DNA of 64,000 bases from Bacteroidia bacterium (GTDB lineage Bacteria; Bacteroidota; Bacteroidia; J057; JANWXU01). The notes under the pieces were generated by a model that was not told where the DNA came from, ran no database searches, and saw only the letters and a program-made list of their open reading frames with translations. Shown here piece after piece: positions 18,605-27,903 of the stretch. Made by a program: the position numbers and the translations under genes. The stretch lies in NCBI GenBank assembly GCA_025057395.1, contig JANWXU010000001.1, forward strand, positions 1,660 to 65,659, written 5' to 3'. The number at the start of each line of letters is the position of its first letter. The stretch's first letter is position 1.

Positions 18605-19396
18605 TTAAGGACAAGCAGTACAGCATACCAAATTAATCCCACCGCTTAGTCTTTCCGTTTCGATAGAATTTCCGCAGGGGCAATAAAAAATAGCTTCTGC
18701 CTCATAAAGTATGTTTTTGCCCTGGGCTTCTCCGCGTACATTTTTTAGTAGACCATTTTGATGACAAGGGCTATTACCAGAAGGGCAAGGTGGCAGCAGC
18801 ATTTTATTTCCCCACTTTTGGTTAGGTTGTCTTTCATAGCGATACCAGTTGATAGCTTGTACAAAGCATTTTCCAGGCTCGATAATAGCCTGAAGGGTAG
18901 TAGTATCGCCTGGACAAATATTAAGAATATTAACGGAAGTTCTATTATTAGTGCGCAAGAAAGTAGTTGCTACTACTGGATTCTTCAGCCTAGGCAAGCG
19001 AGTGCGAAAGAATATAGGCGCACTAATAGGTGAAATTACCAAAATAGTACTTTGTCTTTTATTATTATGGGTAGAGTTGTGTAAAGTTTGAAACACACTA
19101 GCAATTCTTGCTTCATAGAGAGCGCAGGGCGAAATGTTTCTTAGGGTATAGTAATTGCCACAGGCAATAACAGTTCGCCAATTAGCTTCTTCCTCAAGGC
19201 GGTATTGTAGATAATAGCAATTTACGCCCGGTACTAGATTCCATCGCAGAGTTACGCTGCTGTCAGTCACTTCTGCTACACTGAAACCGGTGGGCATAGG
19301 GCAGGTGGTACAGACGCGTATTTCTTCCTCTAGGTTTTGCCCCCATAAAGATAGGAGTGGCACAAAGAGCAAAATGAAAAGTAAAGGCTTATACAT
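18605..19396 (-). CDS. Secreted Cys-rich protein with one Cys-bracketed Fn3-like module
   Basis: Signal peptide MYKPLLFILLFVPLLSLWGQ. Module CPMPTGFSVAEVTDSSVTLRWNLVPGVNCYYLQYR...YEARIASVF is of the same type as in 4876..7683. The C-terminal half is Cys-rich and ends CCTACP. Confidence 0.6.
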   Translation of the reverse strand: MYKPLLFILLFVPLLSLWGQNLEEEIRVCTTCPMPTGFSVAEVTDSSVTLRWNLVPGVNCYYLQYRLEEEANWRTVIACGNYYTLRNISPCALYEARIASVFQTLHNSTHNNKRQSTILVISPISAPIFFRTRLPRLKNPVVATTFLRTNNRTSVNILNICPGDTTTLQAIIEPGKCFVQAINWYRYERQPNQKWGNKMLLPPCPSGNSPCHQNGLLKNVRGEAQGKNILYEAEAIFYCPCGNSIETERLSGGINLVCCTACP

Positions 19397-19462
19397 ATAA
19401 TTTGAAAATTAAAGTTAAGCAAATAGTTGCTAAAAAATGGTAAAAAATTAGTTTTCAAGCAA

Positions 19463-22408
19463 TTATTCAACTAATACTAAAGCACCCCAATTAGCAGGAT
19501 GAGGCATTTTTTTTCGGATTTCATTTTGGGCCAGTCGAAACGCTTGGTATTGCGAAACTTCTTTTTGCCAAGCTTTGTAAAACGTTGTCATAAACTCACT
19601 AGTTGTTTTGTCATATACCGGGCGAAGACTCACAATTACATTTTGGACACCCGCTGCCTTAAAGGCACCAGGCAAGCCGTGAACAGCAAAGCTACTTTTG
19701 TAATCTCCTAGTCCTGATTCGCAGGCAGAGAGTACTACTAGTTCTGTTTGAGCTAAGTTGAGGTGCATTGCTTCGTAGGCAGTAAGAATACACTGCTCCC
19801 AGTACTGAAGGGGGTCTTGAAATGTTTCAATGTCACCTGCAAATACTAGCCCCGAGCGGTATAAGTGGAACAAAGAACTACTAAAAACATCATCTAAACA
19901 GCTGAAATCAATGCGGTTAGGTGTGGAATCGGAAAAGTAAAAGCCGTGGGTTGCAATATGCAGTATCCATGGATTTTGTAATTGCCAAAGAGTACTTTTT
20001 TGGGCGGCAGCTCCTATAAATTCGGTTGTAGGGTAGCCTTTTCCTAACCCATAGCCGCTCATGATAGACGAGGAATTCTCTATTTCTAGCCGTGAAGCTT
20101 CTAAAAGTTTAGGATTCTTGATTTTTCGAATAAATTTTTGTAATTGGGGTTTAAAAATTGTTTGTGCTTGGCGTACAGCATTAGGTACCTTAGGAGAAAC
20201 TATTTTAGAAATGGGGGCATTGTGATCGGCAAAGCCTAAAAACACACTTTTAGGAGTACGGGGTATAAAAGTTAGTATTAATGCCCAGATGAGGGTAATA
20301 AAGCCTAGTAATAACCAATATTCTTTTTGATACTTGTAGTATACAATAAAAGCTACTATACTAGTAAGAAAGAGGCAAATGATAAAAATTAAAATTAGAA
20401 TAGGAGGATAAGCAGAAGACTCTAGAGAAGGTTTTTTATCCTTTAGAATATCTCTGGTATTGGTTACAACATGGACTTCTAAAGAATCTACTAAGTACTT
20501 ACCTGAGGGTAGTTGTAAGGTCTGTATATTAATATGGTTATAAATACCTTCGGGTGCTATGAAAACAGTATCTATTCCCTTTAAATAATTTTGGATGGGC
20601 TGCCAAAATTTTTGAAAAGAAAGCGTATCTCGATGAGTTTCTGAGAGTAGAGAATCATTTTGAATAATATTCATTTGGGAGCTATAATGAGGGTAATAGA
20701 TAGTTTCGAATAGGGGGCTTTCGGGCAAAAGAAGATAACTAGGAGGACCTATATTTTTTAAGATAAGGGCAGCATAATAACTGCTATCTCCAAATCCCTC
20801 TTGTATACAATTCGTGGCATAAGGGCTGGCTACTTTATTATAATTACGAAAACGAATTATTTCTATAGCAGCACTTCGACTAGTTAATCTTCTTTGAATA
20901 GCTTGGTAGTTTAGTTCATTTTTTAATGCTTTTTGACTCAGAGCGTCTAGTTGAAAAACTTGTTTTTCTACTTTTTGAAATTCATTTAGTATTGAGTCTA
21001 TTGCTGCAATATTATTTTGTTTTCGAGCTTTTTGAAAAGCAATTTGTAATTTTTGCCATTTACGCAAGAGAGCTAGATTTTTAGTCTTACTTTTTGATGC
21101 TATAGAGAGTAGCCATTTTTTATTTGGACTATATAATAAGCCTTTAGTTGAAATTTGAAGGTTATATAGGTATTCTGTTAGGTAGGGAGGTAAATTTTTG
21201 TCTTTTAGATATTCAAGAAATAAGAAACTGTAAAAGCGCTCAAACTTTAGATGTAGAGCCGAAAAATAATTTATCTTTTGTTCCTCCGAAAGATAAGGGT
21301 AATATTTCAACAAGTATTTTCGATAAATATTTAGCGATTGTAAAAAATATTTCAAAGCTTCTTGGCTTTCTCCTTTTTGGGCATAGGCATTAGCTAAATT
21401 AAATAAAAATCGCGGATAATCATCGTGAGAAGAGTCGGTAAGTGCTAATGCTTGCTTAAAGAAGGCGATGGCTTCGTCATATTCTTGAAGCTGAGTTTTG
21501 AGCCAACCCCATCCATTAAGATTTTTAGCAAAATAAGTTTTGTGAGCTTGGTGGAATAAAGGATTTTTTTTGTACTGGTTTTGGGCCCTTGTAAAGTAGA
21601 CTATAGCTGAATCATAAAGGCATTGTAGCGAAAACACCCAGCCTTTATTGTTAAGCATCACTGCATTGTCAACTTCGTTTTTTTCTAGGGCAATTGCTTT
21701 ATCGAAAAAGATATGGGCTTTTTCGTACTGGCCGGTTCTAAAAAATAGCTGTGCTACGCTATTATAATATACCGTTAATTGTTGGGGGTCAATTCGCTCG
21801 ATACTTTGCTTAAGAGCAGGAGAAAGAAGAATTTTTTGCGCTTCATCAAATCGGTGGGTTTCAAGGTAAAGATAAGCTAGACTTAAAAGATGAATTTGGT
21901 GCTCGTCTTTTAATTCAGGATGTAGCTGGGGGTCACTAAGGTGGACGGCCTGTAGAATTAGAGCCTCTGCCTTATCGTATTGTCCTAAATGTATGTGGCT
22001 ATTACCTGCATAAGCATAGAGTTGGTCTATAAAATCAGGTTGTAAATCTCTTAAGGCAGGATGTTCACAAATAGAAAGTGCTTGCTCAAAGGCGTCTGCT
22101 GCTTTTTCGTAATCATTGGCTTGATAACTTTCTATGCCTCTTTCTGCCAAAAATCTAATACTATCAAGATACTGAACTTGCTTTTCCCACTTGTGAATTT
22201 GCTTTAGAATATACTTATCATTTCTAAATTCATTCTTGGCTTTGTTGCAATAGAAATTTGCTTTTGGGTAGTTTTCTTTTCGAAGAGCCGTATAAAAGCT
22301 GTCTCGCAGCTGGATAAAATAAAATTTCCTTTCTCTTTTTACTGAAGAGTTACACGAAAATTGCACACTAACACAAACGATTATAACTAGTATGCACAAA
22401 TATCGCAT
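19463..22408 (-). CDS. TPR-repeat / CHAT-domain (caspase-like) protease with an internal two-helix membrane hairpin
   Basis: N-terminal signal/anchor with Cys19. About 350 aa of TPR-like repeats. CHAT start ...VFIAPEGIYNHINIQTL.... Hydrophobic PPILILIFIICLFLTSIVAFIVYY and WLLLGFITLIWALILTFI. Then the catalytic dyad context HIATHG (about H821) and VVLSACESG (about C896), with GALVLVE at the C-terminus. Confidence 0.85.
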   Translation of the reverse strand: MRYLCILVIIVCVSVQFSCNSSVKRERKFYFIQLRDSFYTALRKENYPKANFYCNKAKNEFRNDKYILKQIHKWEKQVQYLDSIRFLAERGIESYQANDYEKAADAFEQALSICEHPALRDLQPDFIDQLYAYAGNSHIHLGQYDKAEALILQAVHLSDPQLHPELKDEHQIHLLSLAYLYLETHRFDEAQKILLSPALKQSIERIDPQQLTVYYNSVAQLFFRTGQYEKAHIFFDKAIALEKNEVDNAVMLNNKGWVFSLQCLYDSAIVYFTRAQNQYKKNPLFHQAHKTYFAKNLNGWGWLKTQLQEYDEAIAFFKQALALTDSSHDDYPRFLFNLANAYAQKGESQEALKYFLQSLNIYRKYLLKYYPYLSEEQKINYFSALHLKFERFYSFLFLEYLKDKNLPPYLTEYLYNLQISTKGLLYSPNKKWLLSIASKSKTKNLALLRKWQKLQIAFQKARKQNNIAAIDSILNEFQKVEKQVFQLDALSQKALKNELNYQAIQRRLTSRSAAIEIIRFRNYNKVASPYATNCIQEGFGDSSYYAALILKNIGPPSYLLLPESPLFETIYYPHYSSQMNIIQNDSLLSETHRDTLSFQKFWQPIQNYLKGIDTVFIAPEGIYNHINIQTLQLPSGKYLVDSLEVHVVTNTRDILKDKKPSLESSAYPPILILIFIICLFLTSIVAFIVYYKYQKEYWLLLGFITLIWALILTFIPRTPKSVFLGFADHNAPISKIVSPKVPNAVRQAQTIFKPQLQKFIRKIKNPKLLEASRLEIENSSSIMSGYGLGKGYPTTEFIGAAAQKSTLWQLQNPWILHIATHGFYFSDSTPNRIDFSCLDDVFSSSLFHLYRSGLVFAGDIETFQDPLQYWEQCILTAYEAMHLNLAQTELVVLSACESGLGDYKSSFAVHGLPGAFKAAGVQNVIVSLRPVYDKTTSEFMTTFYKAWQKEVSQYQAFRLAQNEIRKKMPHPANWGALVLVE

Positions 22409-22440
22409 TGCTTTGCTTAAGTAAAACGCTTAGTAAAGCA

Positions 22441-23220
22441 TCATATGCTTCTTCGATAGAATTTTAATTTAGCAAGAGTTTCTACTTGATTATCAAACTG
22501 CAAGCGGATATAATATACTCCTGGTTGAATATTGAGGCTATATGTTTTTTTCCACAAACTAGAAGTTTGTACAAAAGGCAGCTTAAACACAGGGGTAGGT
22601 TGAGTATTATCCCAAATCTGTAAGGTAACCCGTTGCGGTTGAAAGGGTTGGGGCTCTATAGGCACGAGTTGCCATGCAAGAGCAAATGAGTCCATTGCGG
22701 TAATAGTTGGTATTTTGCCCTCACTACTGAGAAGGTTTTTGAGTTTATACTTAGGATTAGTCAGTTTACCGCTAGTATTCATTCTTACACCTAAAAAAAC
22801 AGCCTCTCGTGTAGGATTTTCTACGAAATTGGCAGCATAATATTGCTCTTGTTGCCATTGAAGGTAATATTTACTTGCAAAAGGATAAATTCCAAGCAAC
22901 AACAATAAGCAAGCCGCAGCAATGCCCGAGTAAATTAAAATTGAAGTAATTTTAATTTTATTTTTTGCTCGGCTTTCTTCGTCTTCGTTGTAAGGGGGTA
23001 GCGGCTTACTATATTCTTGGGGGTATTCCAACCATAGGTAGTAGTCTATTGCCCATGAGCGGTACTCGTGATTCTGATTGATAGCCTGCTGTAGCCACTG
23101 GGGCAAATCATCAACCGTATCTTGCTGCATTGCTCTGGCATACAGAGCTATATCTGCTTCTGTTAATACCCTTCTACGAGGCTTCGAAGAATGGTTTATA
23201 GGAATAATATGAGCTTTCAT
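22441..23220 (-). CDS. Hypothetical single-pass membrane protein (anti-sigma-like topology)
   Basis: ~95-aa N-terminal soluble region, one strong TM helix (ITSILIYSGIAAACLLLLLGIYPF) and a ~140-aa beta-rich C-terminal domain. It ends 32 nt upstream of the CHAT gene on the same strand. Confidence 0.6.
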   Translation of the reverse strand: MKAHIIPINHSSKPRRRVLTEADIALYARAMQQDTVDDLPQWLQQAINQNHEYRSWAIDYYLWLEYPQEYSKPLPPYNEDEESRAKNKIKITSILIYSGIAAACLLLLLGIYPFASKYYLQWQQEQYYAANFVENPTREAVFLGVRMNTSGKLTNPKYKLKNLLSSEGKIPTITAMDSFALAWQLVPIEPQPFQPQRVTLQIWDNTQPTPVFKLPFVQTSSLWKKTYSLNIQPGVYYIRLQFDNQVETLAKLKFYRRSI

Positions 23221-23273
23221 AAAAAAATTATCAATTTGCAGTGAAAGGATTAATTTTTGTTTACGTTTCTATT

Positions 23274-23855
23274 TTAACATTCACAATATCCACCCTCGAA
23301 AAAGAGGGTGACAATTTCTTTTAACTTTTCTTTTCTTCGAATTCTAAAGTTATAATTGGTAAAAAATTCAATTTTTTCTTTTTGTAGTTCATATATTAAC
23401 TTATCCTGCAAATCACCTATAATTCCAGCCATTGTTTTGGCTAATTTAGGCTGATGGTCAGGAAAATTTTTTCTTAAATGCTCATAGACTACTTTTGCTA
23501 TGTGTATGTTACTATATTTATTCTTGTAGTCAAACCACTCTGGCAAATCTTTGCCGCTTTCGTTTTTTTTCAAATCATCTAGTAACTTACTTACCCCTTT
23601 TGTAAAAATAGGATAATACTGTGTAACATCTTTTCTTTCCAATGGGAAGCGAACAAGCACTTTCATAAAAAATTTAATCTCCCCTTGCCATCTCGTTTCC
23701 CCTGTATAGTCTGCCTTTCGATTATGAGAGCGAATAAAAGCATTTAATCTCCGAAAGCACTTGTTTAATTCTGCTGCCGAGACCCCCTCAATTTCAAGTT
23801 CTCCGCTTTCTTCCCCCTTTGGATGAATTAACTTCTCTCTTTCTTTCAATTTCAC
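23274..23855 (-). CDS. Hypothetical soluble protein (193 aa), Lys/Glu-rich
   Basis: ORF with a GTG start and no signal peptide or recognisable motif. It lies 53 nt upstream of 22441..23220 on the same strand and is preceded by a 202-bp very AT-rich spacer. Confidence 0.45.
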   Translation of the reverse strand: MKLKEREKLIHPKGEESGELEIEGVSAAELNKCFRRLNAFIRSHNRKADYTGETRWQGEIKFFMKVLVRFPLERKDVTQYYPIFTKGVSKLLDDLKKNESGKDLPEWFDYKNKYSNIHIAKVVYEHLRKNFPDHQPKLAKTMAGIIGDLQDKLIYELQKEKIEFFTNYNFRIRRKEKLKEIVTLFFEGGYCEC

Positions 23856-24057
23856 GGCTCTTTCATATAATTCTAAATCTAGTGCAAGTTAAAAGGTATT
23901 TTAATTCAAATATTTTTTTTCTTTGATTTTAGACGTAATGCATTAATTATCAATCAATTGATAAAATGTATCTATTGTATGTAATATATTTTTGGATAAA
24001 ACACTAACATTTAATACATAAGGTATATAGTTTCATACAAAATTTTAACTAAAAATT

Positions 24058-26481
24058 TTATTTGATGAGTATTTTTAGAAGTTCAAGTTCTTCTTTGTTC
24101 CACTCCTCGCGGTGAGCATTATAAAACTGGAGAATGATTTTACGATACTGATTCTGCTGAAGATAATATTGTAGTGCTGTTTCTGCTACTCCTCCTAGCC
24201 TTCGATTAGGGCTGATATAAGCATCAATTAAGTAAGGAAGGTATTCTTGGTCTAAATAATTAAGGCGCTTTAAGGCTTGTATAGCGTTTTGACGAGTTCG
24301 AAATTCATAGCTGTTGGAAGCTAGGAGCTTTAAGTCTGCATAAGCTTTTTTGCTTCCGCGCATGGCTGCAATTTCAAGCCATTTTATTTTTACTCGGTTA
24401 GCTTGCCCTGAATCTCTTTGGGTTATTTGCAAGTAGCGACTACAATGTTGTGGAAACTGATCACATAATTTATCTAGAGCTTCTTGTACAGTAGTATAAG
24501 AAGAATCTTTAAGTAAAGACTCATAATAAGGGCGTTGCTGTTCCGTAATTTGCTTGGTTTGCATGATTACCGTTTGGCGTACTTCATGTTGGGGAGCTTG
24601 AATAGCTTTTCGAATTAGCTCTATACTAGCAGGGTCGTTATCATTAATAAGCTGTGTAACAATTTCGGAGCGCATTGCATGAAAATGCTCCCTTTCAAAA
24701 GCTCGAATAAGGAGGTCTCTTTTTTTCTCTAAGGCCGTATCGCGTAGCATAACAAGGGCGTCATACCTATCAATCATATTTTTAGCCCCTTGCAATTGAG
24801 CAGCAATTTCCTTTAGACTTTTTTTGAAAGTAATATTTTTTAGTACATAACTGCCAGGGTCAAATAAAACAAAACTAATTTCCTTTTGTTGTGGGTTAGG
24901 TATATCAATCTGCTCAGTTTGCTTTTGTATCATAAAACGCACGCTATTGCTGCTTCCATCTTGGTAATAAACTTCAATAACTATAGGCATTTTAAAAAGC
25001 CTTACCATTTCGTTAGTGGGGTGAATTTGCTGTACCGTTACTCGTGTTATCGCTTGTCCTTGAATATTCATAGGCGAATAGCTAACCTGGTAATGGGGCT
25101 CTCCGCCTCTATAAATCCATTGATCAAAAAACCAATACGGAGAAATACCTAATGTATCTTGGAAGGCTTGAAATAAATCGTTTGTTTCGACATTTTTATA
25201 AGCATGTTTTTTTAAGTAATATTGAATTACTTTTCGATAGGCTTCTTCGCCAAAGGTATAGATCATCATATCTAGTACGGCTGAGCCTTTGGCATAAAAC
25301 CTTGCAACTCCACCCTTGGTACTAGCAATAGGGTAATTATCAGTTTTGGATGCTTCCAGGGCGCTATTTTGTTCTCCCCTTCTTTGCCATTGATAATGCG
25401 ATTCTCCAAAATATTTCCGAGTAAACAATTTGGGATAGAAGGTAGCAAAACTTTCATGTAGCCAAATATGGCTGGGCGAACGATGGGTAATTAAGTCTCC
25501 AAACCATTGGTGAGTAAGTTCGTGCACATTAACATTGATATAATTTCTATCTAAAAAGTCTCTAGTATCTACACAAAAAAAATCACCGAATATAGTAGCT
25601 GTAGTATTTTCCATGGCTCCATAAATAAAGTCTTGCACAGGCACCTGGGAATATGATTCCCAAGGGAAAGGAATGCCTGTATGCTCCTCCATAAATTCTA
25701 CAGCTTCTTTAGAATAGCGATATGTAGTTTCGAAGCGACTTTCCCAATCTGGGTAATACCATAAGTGAATAGGGATATTATTTTTAGTAGTAATTGTTTT
25801 CACCTCATACTCTCCAATAGCTAACATTAGAAGGTACAAAGAATGAGGCTTTTGCATTTTATAGTGCCAAGTTCGAGTACCATCGTGATTATCTCGTACG
25901 CCTAGTCGGGTTCCATTCGAAAGCACTTTGTACTTTTTATCAAAGGTGACAATAGTCTCTGTAATTACTTTATCATTGGCATCATCATAACAAGGAATCC
26001 AATAGCGGTGATCGATGCCTTGCCCTTGGGTCCAAATTTGTTTACGGCTGATTCCTTTTTTGTCTTTCCATCCAATGAAATAGATACCTTTTCGTGGACG
26101 CGCCTTATAGTGAAATGTAATGCTATCTTGATTTCCCCACTGTAGGCTAGGATTCGGATAAACTATAACACCCTGCGTAGTAGTTTTAAAACGTGTAGGA
26201 CGATTGCCTAGAGTAACCTGTATAATTTCAATGCCCGGTCCATCAAAAAAGATACTATCTACTTTTTCTTGAAGGGTACGAAAGTAATGGGTCACCACAC
26301 CATTAACCAGGCCTTGCTCCGGTTCAAAACGCACATTTAACTTCACATGTAGGATGTCCAAAGCATGCTCCCTTGGGATAGACTCCTCCTCAAAGTAAGT
26401 AGGAGTCATTTTCTGCGCCCTAAGAAGAGGGCAGAGAAGAATAAATAAAAAACATATAGCATGAATATTTAATAAATTCAT
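24058..26481 (-). CDS. M1-family aminopeptidase (aminopeptidase N-like) with a HEAT/ARM-like C-terminal region
   Basis: GAMENTT exopeptidase motif and the zinc site HELTHQWFGDLIT...WLHESFATF. N-terminal signal peptide. Confidence 0.9.
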   Translation of the reverse strand: MNLLNIHAICFLFILLCPLLRAQKMTPTYFEEESIPREHALDILHVKLNVRFEPEQGLVNGVVTHYFRTLQEKVDSIFFDGPGIEIIQVTLGNRPTRFKTTTQGVIVYPNPSLQWGNQDSITFHYKARPRKGIYFIGWKDKKGISRKQIWTQGQGIDHRYWIPCYDDANDKVITETIVTFDKKYKVLSNGTRLGVRDNHDGTRTWHYKMQKPHSLYLLMLAIGEYEVKTITTKNNIPIHLWYYPDWESRFETTYRYSKEAVEFMEEHTGIPFPWESYSQVPVQDFIYGAMENTTATIFGDFFCVDTRDFLDRNYINVNVHELTHQWFGDLITHRSPSHIWLHESFATFYPKLFTRKYFGESHYQWQRRGEQNSALEASKTDNYPIASTKGGVARFYAKGSAVLDMMIYTFGEEAYRKVIQYYLKKHAYKNVETNDLFQAFQDTLGISPYWFFDQWIYRGGEPHYQVSYSPMNIQGQAITRVTVQQIHPTNEMVRLFKMPIVIEVYYQDGSSNSVRFMIQKQTEQIDIPNPQQKEISFVLFDPGSYVLKNITFKKSLKEIAAQLQGAKNMIDRYDALVMLRDTALEKKRDLLIRAFEREHFHAMRSEIVTQLINDNDPASIELIRKAIQAPQHEVRQTVIMQTKQITEQQRPYYESLLKDSSYTTVQEALDKLCDQFPQHCSRYLQITQRDSGQANRVKIKWLEIAAMRGSKKAYADLKLLASNSYEFRTRQNAIQALKRLNYLDQEYLPYLIDAYISPNRRLGGVAETALQYYLQQNQYRKIILQFYNAHREEWNKEELELLKILIK

Positions 26482-26683
26482 GTCGCCCTTTGAAATTTAG
26501 AGAAAAATTTGGTATGCGTAGAATAAACATGCCCTCAGGTAGGGGCAGCTCAATTTAGAAAATCAAAATTACTACTTTAATTCAATTCAAAAAAATGTGG
26601 GCTTTACGGCTTTGCTAGAGAGGGAATTAACTAACTAGAGAGGGAAATAAAAAGAGGCAAGAAAGAAAATTTTTTATGTAGGC

Positions 26684-27118
26684 TCATGGATTAATTTTGG
26701 CTACTCTTATTTGGTGCCTTCCTCCCTCAAAGGGAGTACTTAGGAAGGCTTCAACGCAACTGAGTGCCTCCGCAAGGCTAATAAAACGAGCAGGTAAACA
26801 AAGCACGTTAGCATCATTATGTTGGCGTGCTAATTTTGCGATTTCTGCATTCCAGGCTAGAGCAGCTCTCATATGCGGGTAACGGTTAGCGGTCATACAA
26901 ACACCATTTCCACTACCACATAGGAATATGGCGCAGCTTTCAGGCTCTTCTTTCATCTTTTGGGCGGCAAAATGAATGATATCTGGGTAATCCACTGCTG
27001 CGTCACTGTAGGTTCCCATATCCCTAAGCGCCTCGAATTTAGTACGCTCTTGTAGTGCCGCTTTAATTTGCTCTTTTAAAGCATAGCCTGCATGATCACT
27101 AGCCAGGAAAATAACCAT
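26684..27118 (-). CDS. rpiB: Ribose-5-phosphate isomerase B
   Basis: SDHAGYALKEQI, CGSGNGVCMTANRYPHMRAAL and 144 aa length are typical of RpiB/LacAB. Confidence 0.85.
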   Translation of the reverse strand: MVIFLASDHAGYALKEQIKAALQERTKFEALRDMGTYSDAAVDYPDIIHFAAQKMKEEPESCAIFLCGSGNGVCMTANRYPHMRAALAWNAEIAKLARQHNDANVLCLPARFISLAEALSCVEAFLSTPFEGGRHQIRVAKINP

Positions 27119-27152
27119 TGACCTAATTTGACTTAATTTATTGCTGCTTCTA

Positions 27153-27773
27153 TTACTGATAAATTACGGTATATTCGTCTGATTTACCACTTTCTAACTG
27201 ATAGATTAGGTATTCGATAACTTGCTCCTCCTCTCGGTTATATACTTCTTTAAGATTGGCGCCCAAAAATCGCGCAATTACTTGCCAAAAAGCAGCAGTA
27301 CCCCAATTGCGATAATCCCGTATAAGTTGAAAAGCGGAGTTACTGGTTTCCCGATGAATTAGTTTAATTAGTAGCTTGCCCTGTGATAAAGTAAGGTCAT
27401 AAATTTTTTTTTCATACTTCTGAAACAATTCTTTCTCCAACTGTTTTAGGTATTTTTCTTTTTCTTTTTCGGAACGCATGGTAGCAAGCTTATCATTAGT
27501 TTCATTGAGTAAGCGACTACATTCCTTTGCTAAAGGATACACTACTTTGAGGTTGTATCGCAGCTTTTCATACTTTTTGAGGCGCTGAAGATAGGCACGC
27601 CTTTCGGCTTCTGTAGGCGCCCTGGCAATAATTTCTACCGGCGGTAAGTAGCTCGTAGCAATTCCATCCGGACCTACCCATAGTCTAATAGGACCCGCTT
27701 CACTCTGCGCACTTACATATGAACTTGCAATTACTCCTCCATTCAGCAAAAATAAAAAAACAAGTAGTTTCAT
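27153..27773 (-). CDS. Secreted hypothetical protein (DUF4294-like)
   Basis: Start preferred at MKLLVFLFLL (ATG 27773), which gives a signal peptide. LKVVYPLAK...LTLSQGKLLIKLIHRETSNSAF...FWQVIARFLGANLKEVY resembles my recollection of the Bacteroidota DUF4294 family (unverified). Confidence 0.6.
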   Translation of the reverse strand: MKLLVFLFLLNGGVIASSYVSAQSEAGPIRLWVGPDGIATSYLPPVEIIARAPTEAERRAYLQRLKKYEKLRYNLKVVYPLAKECSRLLNETNDKLATMRSEKEKEKYLKQLEKELFQKYEKKIYDLTLSQGKLLIKLIHRETSNSAFQLIRDYRNWGTAAFWQVIARFLGANLKEVYNREEEQVIEYLIYQLESGKSDEYTVIYQ

Positions 27774-27903
27774 GAGTGAAATTAATTTTTGAATTTTAAT
27801 ACGAATGTGGAGTAAAAAAGATTGCACTAATTAATAGTTTTTTTTTTCTAAGAAAGCATCAAAATGTATGCCAATTTATTATTGGCTGACTTATTTGTAA
27901 GGA

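Noticed and set aside
22441-23220. Bacterial gasdermin next to the CHAT (caspase-like) protease.
   Set aside because: The 259-aa protein has the right size and position. However, it contains a classical central TM helix with a long polar N-terminus, unlike soluble bacterial gasdermins. The 263-aa downstream protein has a cleavable signal peptide and many Cys residues. Neither fits.
18512-24057. Genomic island integrated at the 3' end of tRNA-Ser.
   Set aside because: There is no integrase, recombinase or transposase. I could not find a direct repeat of the tRNA 3' end (GGTTCGAATCCCTCCTTCTCC) in the far boundary spacer 23856-24057. Adjacency to the tRNA is noted only as context.
26615-26646. 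Direct repeat CTAGAGAGGGAA x2 (26615-26626 and 26635-26646) in the rpiB / M1-peptidase spacer, considered as a possible repeat array or regulatory iteron.
   Set aside because: There are only two 12-bp copies and no further units. This is too short to call a CRISPR, iteron or MITE element. It may be a minor regulatory site, but the sequence alone does not support that.
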